64,000 nucleotides of DNA from contig CAYJMC010000005.1 of the NCBI GenBank assembly GCA_964371335.1, positions 3,418 through 67,417 of the forward strand, read 5' to 3'. The stretch comes from an uncultured Anaerolineaceae bacterium. GTDB taxonomy: Bacteria > Chloroflexota > Anaerolineae > Anaerolineales > UBA11579. Made by a program: the position numbers and the translations under genes. The notes beneath the pieces were generated by a model. The model searched no databases and was not told the origin of the DNA. It saw only the letters and a list, made by a program, of their open reading frames with translations. Below are positions 19,730 through 30,368 of the stretch, one piece after another (positions within the stretch are counted from its first letter, which is position 1; each line of letters begins with the position of its first letter).

Positions 19730-20899
19730 TTATGCGCCGCCGGCACCGTATTGGGACGGGTCGATGGGAGTGCGGCCAGACGGGTCGTGAACCCAAACCC
19801 AATCTCCTACCGTGGCCCAGTTGAATAGCCAATGCGAATCAGTCACCGTGAGATTTACGCAACCGTGGGATTGCACGAAGCCGAGGCGTGCCCGCCAGTA
19901 AGCGCCGTGCAGCGCTCTGGCCTCGTCGAAGTACAAAGTCCAAGGAACATCTTCAAGATAATAGAAATCAGAGCGGTCGGCCTCGAAGGCGCCTCGCATC
20001 AACGTCGATTCGTGTGTTTCATAGATTTGGAAAAGACCGGGCCGCGTCCATACGCCGTCAACGCCGGTGGCGACCAAAGTCGCGTAGACCAACTGCTGGT
20101 CCTGATAGACAGACAGGGTTTGCTGCTCCAGGTTCACCTCAATCCATCGGCCGTTTTCAACGCCTTCAGGCGGCGCGGTGTTTGGAAAAACTATGTGAAG
20201 CTGCCGAGATTCAAACCAAAGATCGGGACCCACTTTGTACCAGAGCAAACCGTCGACTTCGCGAGTCTCATAGATTTGAACGACCTCGTCTTGATCGAAG
20301 AAACGCTCACCCAACGCAGCGGCATGGTTGGGCGCCTTGCGCGCTTGGACCTGACCCATCACCTGAAGATCCACGACCCAGCCAAAAGGCCTGGTTGGGG
20401 TCGCCGTGAATTGGAGGCCCATGAATTGCGGGTAGGCCTGGTTGGGGCTGATGTCGCCGCGGCGCATCCATTGGCCGTAAGCGATCATGTAGTAGTTTTT
20501 TCCGTTGATTTCACGCACATCGTTATAGGTGACATAAGCCAATCCGCCATCAGCAATGCTAATGGTGCTAGCCACCGGCTTTCCGGCGGAGGCATCCTCA
20601 GGAGTGGCGAAGACCGGCGCGTTGGGCGTGTTGACCTTGGCATAGTAAAAGTCCAACTTAGTGAGGGCCGGATCCGGGCTGGAGGCCGGCAGCAGCTCTT
20701 CGAAAAAAAACTTTCCAGACTCGAGCATGCGGTGCAATACGTAACCAGATTCAAACGGAAGGCAATCCATGCTTTGCGAAATGGGAACACCGGTCGGGCA
20801 GGGGGCATCCCCTTGAGGCAAGCCTGCGGCAGACGCAGGTGAGACTAACAATACGGCATACAGGGGCACGGCCAATGAGGCGAAAAGTAGTTTTTTCAT
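19730..20899 (-). CDS. Secreted L,D-transpeptidase (YkuD domain)
   Basis: Signal peptide, and a C-terminal YkuD catalytic motif in the HGAYW...SHGCVNL context. Confidence 0.85.
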   Translation of the reverse strand: MKKLLFASLAVPLYAVLLVSPASAAGLPQGDAPCPTGVPISQSMDCLPFESGYVLHRMLESGKFFFEELLPASSPDPALTKLDFYYAKVNTPNAPVFATPEDASAGKPVASTISIADGGLAYVTYNDVREINGKNYYMIAYGQWMRRGDISPNQAYPQFMGLQFTATPTRPFGWVVDLQVMGQVQARKAPNHAAALGERFFDQDEVVQIYETREVDGLLWYKVGPDLWFESRQLHIVFPNTAPPEGVENGRWIEVNLEQQTLSVYQDQQLVYATLVATGVDGVWTRPGLFQIYETHESTLMRGAFEADRSDFYYLEDVPWTLYFDEARALHGAYWRARLGFVQSHGCVNLTVTDSHWLFNWATVGDWVWVHDPSGRTPIDPSQYGAGGA

Positions 20900-20943
20900 C
20901 GTCGGGAATTATATCCAGCGAACGCGCCACGCGTAAATAAGCA

Positions 20944-22131
20944 TTAACCACTTAGTCCGTCTTCTGCGGCAATATATAAATTCCGGATACTGGCTATTGC
21001 CAGCAAATTAAAGACCATGGTGGCAATTACTATCGCGATAAAACCCAATGCGTAAATATCTAACGCGATCCACCCCGCAACCGCACGACCAATCGAGGCT
21101 GCAGTGAAAAATCCCGCCATCATAGTGGCCCGGGCACTGGGCATCACCTCAGTCATCAACGGAATCGAAGACACGATGAAAAATTCGAAGCTGATGTAAA
21201 ACAGGAATAAGCCGACAAGCGCACCCACTATTGTTCCGCTGACAACAGGCAAGCTCAATACGGCCAATGAGTTAATGATTAGCCCAATTAAAATGGCCCG
21301 GCGCTTACCCAGCCGGTCGGTAATCAAAGCCACCAATCCTTCCCCACTCAACTCGGCCGTGCCCAGGACTGCCGCGGCCCCGCCTAGGGCTACTAATTGC
21401 AGCCCAAAACTCTCCTCCATCCAAACCCCAAATGTCAGGTTGATAAATTCATTGGCGATACACGAAAAAACAGTGAGCCCCATGGCGGCAAGGGCCGGCG
21501 GAGAGCGCAGGATCATCCCAAAGTTGGCCCAAAGGCTTGGCGGCCTGACGGTGGGAGGCGCATCCTTTGGAAGCTGGAAGCCAAGGAGCAGCGCGGCCAA
21601 AAAAATCAACAATCCCAATAGTGGGAACGGCGCCAACCATCCAACACTGGCAATCACCCATCCCACCAAGGGGATGCCAAAGATGAAGGCGCCCGACCAG
21701 CTCAGTTCGGTAATGGTGATGGTGAATGAGCGCCGCTCGTAAGGAACACGGTCGCCAAGGTAAGCCTGCATGCTGGGATCGAAAGTGACTTTGCCAACCA
21801 GCGTGAACATGAGCGCCAACATGAAGCCATAAAAAGTGGGCCAGAAAACAACGATGGAGGTGCCGGCGATGAAAATAGCCATTCCCAACAGCATGCCAAA
21901 TTTGCGCCCGCGTCTTTCAGCAAAAGAAGAAAGCAGCGGAGCAAAGAATGCGGCTACCAGCGAACGAGAGCCAACCGCGCGCGCCAAAGTTTCCAGCGGC
22001 ATGCCAAGGCCATCGCGGAACGCGGGCAAAAAGGGGTAGACCATGCGATAGGCCGTGCTGGAGACCATGCGGATGAATGTGAACAGGATAATTTGCGACG
22101 TCAGAGACGTTTTGAGCGATGCGTTTTTCAA
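20944..22131 (-). CDS. MFS transporter
   Basis: About 12 hydrophobic segments with an MFS-type loop (AERRGRKFGML). Confidence 0.8.
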   Translation of the reverse strand: MKNASLKTSLTSQIILFTFIRMVSSTAYRMVYPFLPAFRDGLGMPLETLARAVGSRSLVAAFFAPLLSSFAERRGRKFGMLLGMAIFIAGTSIVVFWPTFYGFMLALMFTLVGKVTFDPSMQAYLGDRVPYERRSFTITITELSWSGAFIFGIPLVGWVIASVGWLAPFPLLGLLIFLAALLLGFQLPKDAPPTVRPPSLWANFGMILRSPPALAAMGLTVFSCIANEFINLTFGVWMEESFGLQLVALGGAAAVLGTAELSGEGLVALITDRLGKRRAILIGLIINSLAVLSLPVVSGTIVGALVGLFLFYISFEFFIVSSIPLMTEVMPSARATMMAGFFTAASIGRAVAGWIALDIYALGFIAIVIATMVFNLLAIASIRNLYIAAEDGLSG

Positions 22132-22148
22132 GTTTTTCCTTTGGCGAA

Positions 22149-23804
22149 TCAGGATTTCAACATCGGGATTTTGATGCCGTACTTCTTGGCTGCAGTAATC
22201 GCCTCTTGGTAGCCCGCATCTGCATGGCGCACGATACCCATAGCCGGGTCGGTAGTGAGTACGCGCTGAATACGGGCGGCAGCCTCCGAGGTTCCATCGG
22301 CCACGATGACCTGGCCAGCGTGCTGGCTAAAGCCGATACCAACACCACCACCGTGATGGAAGGAAACCCAGGTGGCGCCGCCGACCGCATTGATCAGGGC
22401 ATTGAGGATGGGCCAGTCACTCACCGCATCGGTTCCGTCTTTCATTCCCTCGGTCTCACGATTCGGTGAAGCCACTGAACCCGAATCGAGGTGGTCACGG
22501 CCGATCACGATGGGGGCACTGAGTTCACCGTTGGCCACCATTTCGTTGAAACGCAGGCCAGCCTGGGCGCGCTCGCCGTAGCCCAGCCAGCAAATCCGGG
22601 CCGGCAAACCCTGGAAGGGAATCCGCTCACGGGCCATCTTCAACCAGCGCTGGAGATGTTCGTCTTCAGGGAACAGTTTGGCAATAGCCGCGTCGGTCTT
22701 ATAAATATCTTCGGGATCCCCAGAGAGGGCTACCCAACGAAATGGGCCCTTGCCTTCGCAGAAAAGTGGGCGGATGTAAGCAGGCACAAAGCCGGGGAAA
22801 TCAAAAGCGCGCTTAACTCCAAAATCGAAGGCGCGCTGGCGCAGATTATTACCGTAATCAAAGACCTCGCTGCCCTTCTTTTGGAAACCCAGCATGGCTT
22901 CCACGTGGCGCGCCATGGATTCTTGGGAAAGGCGTTCGAATTCGCTCGGATCGTTGCGCCGCAGTGTGTCGGCCTGCTCGAGAGTCAACCCCGCGGGGAT
23001 GTAAGCCAGCAGATCGTGCGCGGGAGTCTGATCGGTGACCACATCGGGCACCACGCCGCGTATCAATAGTTCAGGGAATATTTCTGCCGCGTTGCCGATC
23101 AGGCCGATCGAACGCGGCTGCTGTTGACCCACGTTCTCTTCGACCATGGTCATGGCTTCTTCCAACGTGTCTACCACTGCGTTGACGTACCCAATCTCGA
23201 GGCGGCGTCTGGCGCGCGCGGGATCCACCTCCACGATGAGGCCGACACCTTCATTCATGGTGATCGCAAGCGGCTGCGCCCCACCCATTCCACCCAATCC
23301 TGCGGTGAGCACGAACCTGCCCTTCAACGAAGGCCAACCCCGTTGCCGCGCCAGGGAGCCCAGGGTCTCGTAGGTGCCCTGCAGGATGCCCTGGGTGCCG
23401 ATGTAGATCCAGGAACCGGCGGTCATCTGGCCGTACATCATCAGGCCTTTGGCCGAAAGTTCATCGAAATGCGCCTGGGTGGCCCAGTGCGGGACAAGGT
23501 TTGAGTTGGCGATCAGCACCCGCGGCGCGTCCGCGTGGGTGCGAAAGACAGCCACTGGCTTGCCGGATTGCACCAGCAAGGTCTCATCCGGTTCGAGATT
23601 GCGCAACGAATCCAAAATGGCATCAAAGGCTTCCCAGGAGCGGGCGGCCTGGCCTCGGCCACCGTAGACCACAAGGTCTTCGGGGCGCTCAGCAACCTCG
23701 GGGTCCAGGTTATTTTGGATCATCCGATAGGGAGCCTCGATGAGCCAATTTTTACAGGTGAGCTGTGTGCCGCGCGGAGCGCGGACCGGGCGCGGTTTAG
23801 CCAT
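22149..23804 (-). CDS. hutU: Urocanate hydratase
   Basis: Urocanase-wide similarity recognisable ([39 protein letters not shown]). ATG 23804 is preferred (GAGGA 5 nt upstream); the ORF is open to 23852. Confidence 0.92.
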   Translation of the reverse strand: MAKPRPVRAPRGTQLTCKNWLIEAPYRMIQNNLDPEVAERPEDLVVYGGRGQAARSWEAFDAILDSLRNLEPDETLLVQSGKPVAVFRTHADAPRVLIANSNLVPHWATQAHFDELSAKGLMMYGQMTAGSWIYIGTQGILQGTYETLGSLARQRGWPSLKGRFVLTAGLGGMGGAQPLAITMNEGVGLIVEVDPARARRRLEIGYVNAVVDTLEEAMTMVEENVGQQQPRSIGLIGNAAEIFPELLIRGVVPDVVTDQTPAHDLLAYIPAGLTLEQADTLRRNDPSEFERLSQESMARHVEAMLGFQKKGSEVFDYGNNLRQRAFDFGVKRAFDFPGFVPAYIRPLFCEGKGPFRWVALSGDPEDIYKTDAAIAKLFPEDEHLQRWLKMARERIPFQGLPARICWLGYGERAQAGLRFNEMVANGELSAPIVIGRDHLDSGSVASPNRETEGMKDGTDAVSDWPILNALINAVGGATWVSFHHGGGVGIGFSQHAGQVIVADGTSEAAARIQRVLTTDPAMGIVRHADAGYQEAITAAKKYGIKIPMLKS

Positions 23805-24594
23805 TGCCATCCTCGTGCGCGAGTCCATAATCGAACAACAACATCGGATCAAATAGCTGTAAATCGTCGCTGTTGCGCCAGCGGCGATACTCGGCTTTTT
23901 CCTCTTGTGTGGCCTGTGTATCGTAATAATTCATGGGCTCCAAACGGATATTGGATACACCCACACGAGTCTCAAAGTGCAAGTGCGGCTCAACGACAAA
24001 GAATTCTTCGCCCGTGTTTCCAACGGCGCCAATCCGCTGCCCGCAATCGACCGGCTCTGATAAAACCAATGGAGCCAGTTCCTGCATGTGGGCATAAAGC
24101 AGGTAAAGAGATTCCCCGTCTTCAAGCTCAAACAGCTCCGCCAGTTCAGAGGACACCCGGACTGCAGGCGTTTCGATAACCAGATAGTTGCCATAAGTCG
24201 ATGCAAAGCCCAGGCCAGCCACATATCCATCGAAAACGGACTGAATGGGAGTGCCGTTGATATGGCCGCCCACCCCGCCCTCGTCGTTACGCTGGTAATA
24301 AGCAATATCCAGCCCGTGGTGGCCCCCATCCCAATCGGTGGTGCCCAGGGGCGGAGTGAACCCCTGGCTAATGTAGCCTTTTAATGCCTGAAAGGAATGC
24401 TCCGCCAGTGGAGAGCATATCGAAGAAATTGGTATGCGAGTCGCAGTAGGAGACGGCGCTGCGGTGAAGGTTGCCGAAGGCTGCAGACCAGGAATGACCG
24501 AGGGCAAATCTGTTGGAATTGACGTGGGGACAAGCCGGGCGGCGCAGGCAGTAAGCAAACCCGCCATCAGAAGGGTGAACAAACCAAGCTTCAC
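23797..24594 (-). CDS. M23-family metallopeptidase lipoprotein
   Basis: Lipobox LLTAC, and HxxxD ([10 protein letters not shown]) and HxH (PHLHFE) zinc motifs. Confidence 0.85.
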   Translation of the reverse strand: MKLGLFTLLMAGLLTACAARLVPTSIPTDLPSVIPGLQPSATFTAAPSPTATRIPISSICSPLAEHSFQALKGYISQGFTPPLGTTDWDGGHHGLDIAYYQRNDEGGVGGHINGTPIQSVFDGYVAGLGFASTYGNYLVIETPAVRVSSELAELFELEDGESLYLLYAHMQELAPLVLSEPVDCGQRIGAVGNTGEEFFVVEPHLHFETRVGVSNIRLEPMNYYDTQATQEEKAEYRRWRNSDDLQLFDPMLLFDYGLAHEDGNG

Positions 24595-24667
24595 GCGGCA
24601 ATTCTAACGCCGAACAGGCGAGGGATGCCGGTGATATCATTGGCGGCAATCTAATTCAGGAGTACGA

Positions 24668-26017
24668 ATGAGGAAGATAAGTGTAATCGGCGTCGGCTAT
24701 GTAGGCCTGGTAACCGCGGCTTGCTTCAGCGACCTGGGCAATTCGGTTACCGCTCTTGACGTCGACGAGAAACGTATCGTCGGGCTCAAGCGCGGTGAAA
24801 TGCCGATCTACGAACCAGGGCTCGAAGAGCTGGTAGAGCGTAATGTTGAAGCCGGACGATTGGTCTTCACGACTTCGTACAAAGAAGCGCTCAAAGACTG
24901 CGAGTTTGTGTTCATTTGCGTAGGGACCCCTTCCGGGGTGGACGGCGATGCGGACCTGAAATACGTAGAGTCCGCCGCAAAATCGATTGCGGAGAATATG
25001 CAATCGCCGCTGATCGTGATCAATAAATCCACGGTTCCCGTAGGAACCGGCGACTGGGTGGCAGAAATCATCGGCGCCGCCCAACCCAAGCCCGTCGATT
25101 TCTGGGTGGTCTCCTGTCCCGAGTTTCTGCGCGAAGGCGCCGCCATCTCCGATTTTATGAATCCACATCGTACCGTGCTGGGCTCACTGCACCGCGAAGC
25201 GGCCGATAAGGTAGCCCAATTGCATCTTCCCTTGCGCGCGCCCATTGTCATCACAGACCTGCGCACGGCGGAAATGATCAAATACGCCTCCAACGCCTTC
25301 CTGGCCACGAAAATTTCCTTCATCAACGAAATTGCTGATATCTGTGAATCTCTCGGGGCTGATGTGAAGGAAGTGGCCGCCGGCATGGGTTTCGACCCGC
25401 GCATCGGCAAACAGTTCCTGGAAGCCGGGCTCGGCTACGGCGGTTCTTGTTTCCCCAAGGACGTAAAGGCGTTGGCCTTCATGGCCGAAGAAATGGGGCA
25501 CGAGCCGCGCATCTTGAATTCCGTGATGACGGTGAATAGCCTGCGGCGCAGCATGATCGTCAACCGGTTAAGGAATCTTACCGGCGAGCTCAAGGGCAAG
25601 ACCATTGCTCTGCTTGGCCTGGCCTTCAAGTGGAACACCGACGACATGCGCGATGCGCCTTCCGTGGATATCGCCGAGGCCTTGCTGAAAGCGGGCGCCA
25701 GGGTGCGCGCCTACGACCCGGTCGCCATGGATGCCGCCAAGGATCTGTTGCCCAAAGTGGAAATGGCAAAGGATGCCTATGACCTGGCCCAGGATGCCGA
25801 CGCGCTGTTGGTGGTCACTGAATGGAACGAATTCAAGAATCTGGATCTGGAGCGCCTGCGCAACAGCATGCGTCAGCCCGTGATTCTTGATGGCCGCAAT
25901 ATCTACCAGCCGGAGCAGATGCGCAGCCTTGGATTCACCTATCAGGGCATTGGCCGCGGCTACAACGGCAACGGCATCGTGAAAACCGAGATCAAAGTTC
26001 GGCCCAATGCCGCCTGA
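24668..26017 (+). CDS. ugd: UDP-glucose 6-dehydrogenase
   Basis: N-terminal Rossmann [15 protein letters not shown], catalytic region GGSCFPKD, and typical length. Confidence 0.9.
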   Translation: MRKISVIGVGYVGLVTAACFSDLGNSVTALDVDEKRIVGLKRGEMPIYEPGLEELVERNVEAGRLVFTTSYKEALKDCEFVFICVGTPSGVDGDADLKYVESAAKSIAENMQSPLIVINKSTVPVGTGDWVAEIIGAAQPKPVDFWVVSCPEFLREGAAISDFMNPHRTVLGSLHREAADKVAQLHLPLRAPIVITDLRTAEMIKYASNAFLATKISFINEIADICESLGADVKEVAAGMGFDPRIGKQFLEAGLGYGGSCFPKDVKALAFMAEEMGHEPRILNSVMTVNSLRRSMIVNRLRNLTGELKGKTIALLGLAFKWNTDDMRDAPSVDIAEALLKAGARVRAYDPVAMDAAKDLLPKVEMAKDAYDLAQDADALLVVTEWNEFKNLDLERLRNSMRQPVILDGRNIYQPEQMRSLGFTYQGIGRGYNGNGIVKTEIKVRPNAA

Positions 26018-26918
26018 TACCAAGGTGGAACAGCCGCCGATCTGCGATTACGAAGGGTCGGATTACCAGCAACGTTTTTGGGAACGGGGGGAACGCCAAT
26101 ACGAAGATCAGGTAGAAGCCATCGCTATTAAACGCCTGCTGCCTAAAGGCGGCAAACTGCTTCTTGAGATCGGCGCGGGCGCCGGGCGTAATACGCCGCG
26201 CTATGCAAATTTCGAACGAATCGTATTAATGGATTATTCCACGACGCAATTGGAGCAAGCGCAACAGAGACTAGGAACCAGCAACGGCTACATTTATGTG
26301 GCCGCAGACGCGTACAAGCTGCCGTTTGTGGATGGCTTGTTCGACACCGCCACCATGATCCGCGTCATCCACCATATGGCGGATGCGCCCAAGGCGCTGC
26401 AACAAATCCGCCAGGTAATGCAGCCTAATGGAAAGCTCCTACTCGAATACGCCAACAAACGCAATCTAAAAGCAATCCTGCGTTATTGGCTGCATAAGCA
26501 AGAGTGGAATCCGTTTGACCGGGCGCCGGTGGAATTCGTGCCGCTCAACTTCGATTTCCATCCCAAGGCGATGACGTCTTGGTTGCGCGCTGCCGGTTTC
26601 GCCATCGAGCAGCAACTCACTGTGTCCCATTTTCGTATGGATTGGGCCAAGCGCAGGCTGCCGCTGAAGCTGTTGGTCAGCATGGATGCGCTATTGCAGC
26701 CCACGGGCGCACTGTGGCAGTACACGCCCAGTGTGTTCCTGCGCGCCCGGGCGACGGGCGACAAGCCCAGGTCCGCTGAAGGTGCCTTCTTCAAATGCCC
26801 TGCCTGCGAAACCGCGCTGCCGAAAGAGGAGCAGGGATACATCGCCTGCCCGGGTTGCGGGAAGCGCTGGGAAATCAAAAACGGAATCTATAATTTCAAA
26901 GAAGCGCTGAAAAACTAG
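26007..26918 (+). CDS. Class I SAM-dependent methyltransferase with C-terminal zinc ribbon
   Basis: SAM motif [13 protein letters not shown]-terminal CPACE...CPGCG Trm112-like ribbon. Confidence 0.8.
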   Translation: MPPDTKVEQPPICDYEGSDYQQRFWERGERQYEDQVEAIAIKRLLPKGGKLLLEIGAGAGRNTPRYANFERIVLMDYSTTQLEQAQQRLGTSNGYIYVAADAYKLPFVDGLFDTATMIRVIHHMADAPKALQQIRQVMQPNGKLLLEYANKRNLKAILRYWLHKQEWNPFDRAPVEFVPLNFDFHPKAMTSWLRAAGFAIEQQLTVSHFRMDWAKRRLPLKLLVSMDALLQPTGALWQYTPSVFLRARATGDKPRSAEGAFFKCPACETALPKEEQGYIACPGCGKRWEIKNGIYNFKEALKN

Positions 26919-27718
26919 TTGCCCTGCTTCTGCACGCCGAGTTCGTAGTTGATGATTTCGGCAAAAACGTCGAACGGCTGGGCACCCACAACGGCGATGC
27001 CGTTGACGAAGAAGGTCGGTGTGGAGCTGACGCCGAGTTCGGCGCCGAAGTTGTAATCTTCCTGCACAGATTGCGCATAGGTCTGATCATCGAGGCAAGC
27101 CGTGAAGGCTTCAACATCCAGGCCCAATTCTGCTGCGTAAGTTAAATACGTTTCGTTGCCAAGTTCGCGCCGCCCGCTGAAAAGCAGATCGTGAAAATCC
27201 CAGAAGGCATCCTGCTCCTGAGCGCACTGGCCGGCCAGAGCCGCAGGGTACGCTTCGGGGTGAATGCCGCTAAGCGGAAAATCCTTGTAGACGAAGCGAA
27301 TCTGATCGCCGTATTGCTCCACGAGGCGAGGGTAAGTTTCCTGCGCGTGCCGCTGGCAATAGGGGCACTGAAAATCTGCAAACTCAATAATCGTTATGGG
27401 GGCATCCGCAGCGCCTAGGGTCGGGTCATCATCGCTGATAGCGACTTCGTAGCGCGGCAAGTTTTCTATTTGCGAAGTTAAGTCATCTACACCGCTGGAT
27501 TCACCGGTGGCCTCGGCGACTACGGTAGGCGTTGACGGTGTTGCCGCTGCCGGCGACGCAGTTGAGCCGCCCTGGCCCCAGATCAGGAACCCGGCAAAAA
27601 TCCCAAGCAGCCCGCCCACAATACCGAATAAATGATGCTTTTTAATTGCAAACTTCACAACTTCATCTTTACGAGTTGGCTTTGGCATGGGCGGCATTAT
27701 ATCCGCGCCACGCATCAT
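26915..27718 (-). CDS. Membrane-anchored DsbA/thioredoxin-fold thiol:disulfide oxidoreductase
   Basis: N-terminal TM helix and CPYC active site in FADFQCPYCQRH. The true start may be an internal Met (27697 or 27688). Confidence 0.82.
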   Translation of the reverse strand: MMRGADIMPPMPKPTRKDEVVKFAIKKHHLFGIVGGLLGIFAGFLIWGQGGSTASPAAATPSTPTVVAEATGESSGVDDLTSQIENLPRYEVAISDDDPTLGAADAPITIIEFADFQCPYCQRHAQETYPRLVEQYGDQIRFVYKDFPLSGIHPEAYPAALAGQCAQEQDAFWDFHDLLFSGRRELGNETYLTYAAELGLDVEAFTACLDDQTYAQSVQEDYNFGAELGVSSTPTFFVNGIAVVGAQPFDVFAEIINYELGVQKQGN

Positions 27719-27729
27719 ATAATGCCGGC

Positions 27730-28497
27730 ATGAGCACCAACTTCCCGGCGCCCAATCTGGAATTTGCCCGCCCGCTGATGAACGCGGCTGGCAGCCTCGG
27801 CTTTACCCCTGATCCGCGCGGTCCAGTTTCGACAGGGGATTTCGGCGCCTTCGTCACGAACCCAATCAGTGCTCGCGCCCGGCGCGCCGCAAATGCGCCC
27901 CGCCTGTTGTCTTTTCCCGGCGGGGTGCTATTGCACACTGGGCACCCCAATCCGGGAGTGAGCGGCGCCATCAGAGGTTACGCAGCAGCCTGGGCGAGGG
28001 CCTCGATGCCAATCGTCGTGCACCTGTTGTCGGGGAAAGCGGAAGACTTGCGCAAGGCGACCCTGCGCCTGGAAGAACTCGAAAACGTTATGGCAGTAGA
28101 AATCGGATTCGAGGTTGATAGTTCGGCTGATCTCGTGATGAAGTTTATTCACGCTGCGCTAGGCGAATTGCCGGTGATCGCGCAGCTTCCATTACCCCGA
28201 GCGTTTGAATTGGCAGAAGGCGCGATAAGTGCTGGGGCCTCGGCCGTTAGCCTGGGGCCGCCGCGCGGCGCCTTACCAGGGCCCGATGGAAAACTTGTCG
28301 GAGGTCGGCTGTATGGGCCGGCGATTTTTCCGCAGGCGCTGGAAACGGTGAGCCAACTCAGCGAGGCTGGCTATCCTGTTATCGCAGCAGGCGGTGTCGA
28401 AGGCAAAGCTCAAGTCGAAGCCATGCTTGCGGCGGGAGCGCTGGCGGTGCAAATGGATATTGGAATCTGGAAGGGAATGACTAATAACGGGCTGTAG
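27730..28497 (+). CDS. Dihydroorotate dehydrogenase-like TIM-barrel protein (divergent)
   Basis: PLMNAAGSLGF N-terminus and AAGGVEG...AGALAVQ C-terminal FMN-barrel pattern. The usual catalytic S/C-P-N stretch is not evident. ATG 27730 chosen over the 27646 ORF start. Confidence 0.55.
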   Translation: MSTNFPAPNLEFARPLMNAAGSLGFTPDPRGPVSTGDFGAFVTNPISARARRAANAPRLLSFPGGVLLHTGHPNPGVSGAIRGYAAAWARASMPIVVHLLSGKAEDLRKATLRLEELENVMAVEIGFEVDSSADLVMKFIHAALGELPVIAQLPLPRAFELAEGAISAGASAVSLGPPRGALPGPDGKLVGGRLYGPAIFPQALETVSQLSEAGYPVIAAGGVEGKAQVEAMLAAGALAVQMDIGIWKGMTNNGL

Positions 28498-28498
28498 A

Positions 28499-28936
28499 TT
28501 ATTTTTCCAACCAGATCGTAACCGGCCCATCATTATTAATTTCCACAAGCATGTGGGCGCCAAAGCGCCCTGTTTGCGTGGCAACGCCTTGAGCGGCAAG
28601 CAACTCGGCGAAGCGCACCACCAGCGGCTCGGCGAGATCCGGAGGTGCCGCCTCCACAAAGGAGGGCCGCCTGCCTTTGGCCGTGTCTGCATACAACGTA
28701 AATTGCGAAACAACCAGGGCGGCGGCGCCGATATCCAGCAAGGACAGATTCATTTTCCCTTGCGGGTCTTCAAAGATGCGCAGGTTGGCAATCTTCTCCA
28801 CAAGATATTGCACTTGAGATTCCCCGTCTCCATGTCCAACGCCAAGCAGCACCACGACGCCGCGGCCAATGGCCGCAACTTCTTTGCCATCCACTTTAAC
28901 TGCAGCTGAACGGACTCGTTGAACCAGGGCTCTCAT
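28499..28936 (-). CDS. dtd: D-aminoacyl-tRNA deacylase
   Basis: MRALVQRV N-terminus, SQFTLYAD and GxxP motif region, 145 aa. Confidence 0.92.
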   Translation of the reverse strand: MRALVQRVRSAAVKVDGKEVAAIGRGVVVLLGVGHGDGESQVQYLVEKIANLRIFEDPQGKMNLSLLDIGAAALVVSQFTLYADTAKGRRPSFVEAAPPDLAEPLVVRFAELLAAQGVATQTGRFGAHMLVEINNDGPVTIWLEK

Positions 28937-29005
28937 CGATCAAACACCAATCTCGCGCAGTATAACATCGCGACGCATTTACTTCTCCAGCCGTATAATG
29001 CCCCC

Positions 29006-29737
29006 GTGCCCAACCCATTCTTGTCATTGATTGTCCCCGCCTATAACGAGGAGAAGCGGCTGCCGACCACTCTGCAGGAGATAAATGACTATCTCGAATC
29101 CCAGGCTTTTTCGATTGAAGTTCTGGTCATCGAAAATGGAAGCCAGGACAACACGTTCGAAATTGCTCAAGATTTTGTAAAGAAGCACAACAACTTTAGT
29201 GTCCAGCGCACCGCGGAGCGCGGCAAAGGGTTGGCGGTTCGCCAGGGAATGTTGTCAGCCACCGGTGAATTTCGCATGATGGTGGATGCGGACTTATCCA
29301 TGCCGGTTGATCAAATCCACCGGTTTTTGCCTCCTGAGCAAAAAGACACAGACATTGTTATCGCCTCGCGCGAGGCGCCGGGCGCGGTGCGCTACAACGA
29401 GCCCAGCTACCGCCACATCGGCGGGCGTGTGATCAATACGATGATCCGCGTCCTGGCGCTGCCAGGGCTGCAGGATACTCAGTGCGGGTTTAAATGTTTT
29501 CGCGCCCAGGTAGCTGAAGACTTGTTTTCGCGGCAAACCATCATGGGTTGGGCCTTCGACGTGGAGATCCTGTACATCGCGCGGCTACACGGATATTCTA
29601 TTGTGGAGCTCCCCATTCCCTGGTATTTCAGCGAACAGAGCCATCTGCGGCCTGTGTATGACGCCTTCCACATCTTCTTCGATCTGCTCCGGATTCGAGC
29701 CAGCGCCCGCCGGGGACTCTATGGCCCAACGTCTTGA
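29006..29737 (+). CDS. Glycosyltransferase family 2 (dolichyl/polyprenyl-phosphate glycosyltransferase-like)
   Basis: SLIVPAYNEE and DADLS motifs. GTG 29006 lies 6 nt after a TATAAT box (28994-28999). The ORF is open to 28919 but would then overlap the dtd start. Confidence 0.8.
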   Translation: MPNPFLSLIVPAYNEEKRLPTTLQEINDYLESQAFSIEVLVIENGSQDNTFEIAQDFVKKHNNFSVQRTAERGKGLAVRQGMLSATGEFRMMVDADLSMPVDQIHRFLPPEQKDTDIVIASREAPGAVRYNEPSYRHIGGRVINTMIRVLALPGLQDTQCGFKCFRAQVAEDLFSRQTIMGWAFDVEILYIARLHGYSIVELPIPWYFSEQSHLRPVYDAFHIFFDLLRIRASARRGLYGPTS

Positions 29738-30356
29738 TCCTTTTTCGCCTTCATTGCAGTTCGAAAAGGAGTTGTGGGACAAAGGAATCCTGCAGCTAGC
29801 CGGGATTGACGAAGTCGGCCGCGGCGCTCTGGCAGGTCCCGTGCATGCCGCCGCAGTAATCCTACCTGCCCGGGATTCTATATTGCAGGAACTGGCGGGG
29901 GTACGCGATTCAAAGCAGATGACGCCTGACGAGCGCGAGGAGTGGGCGCCGCTGATTCGAGAGAGGGCGGTAGCCTGGAGCCTTGGCTGGGCCAGCTGCA
30001 AGGAGATTGACCGCTGGGGCATCCTTTCCTGCACTTACCTGGCTGCACGGAGGGCGCTGAAGTCGCTGCCCCTGCCGCCAGAACATTTGCTGCTCGATTA
30101 CATCAAGCTTGAAAAAGTAGATTTGCCTCAAACCGCCCTGGTCGGCGGGGACGCTCGCTGCTTAAGCATTGCGGCGGCGTCTGTGGTCGCCAAAGTGGCG
30201 CGCGATGCCGAGCTGCGCAAGCTGGATACCCGCTTCCCATCCTATGGCTTCGCTTCCCATAAGGGCTATGCCACCGAAGAGCATATCCTCGCCATCGGCA
30301 AATATGGACCCTGCCCGCACCACCGCCTCAGCTTTGCCCCGATACGGCAATTGTAA
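29721..30356 (+). CDS. rnhB: Ribonuclease HII
   Basis: GIDEVGRGALAGPV catalytic motif and DSKQMT. ATG 29721 chosen (typical N-terminus); 17-nt overlap with the GT2 gene. Confidence 0.9.
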   Translation: MAQRLDPFSPSLQFEKELWDKGILQLAGIDEVGRGALAGPVHAAAVILPARDSILQELAGVRDSKQMTPDEREEWAPLIRERAVAWSLGWASCKEIDRWGILSCTYLAARRALKSLPLPPEHLLLDYIKLEKVDLPQTALVGGDARCLSIAAASVVAKVARDAELRKLDTRFPSYGFASHKGYATEEHILAIGKYGPCPHHRLSFAPIRQL

Positions 30357-30368
30357 AGGTAGGCAGCA

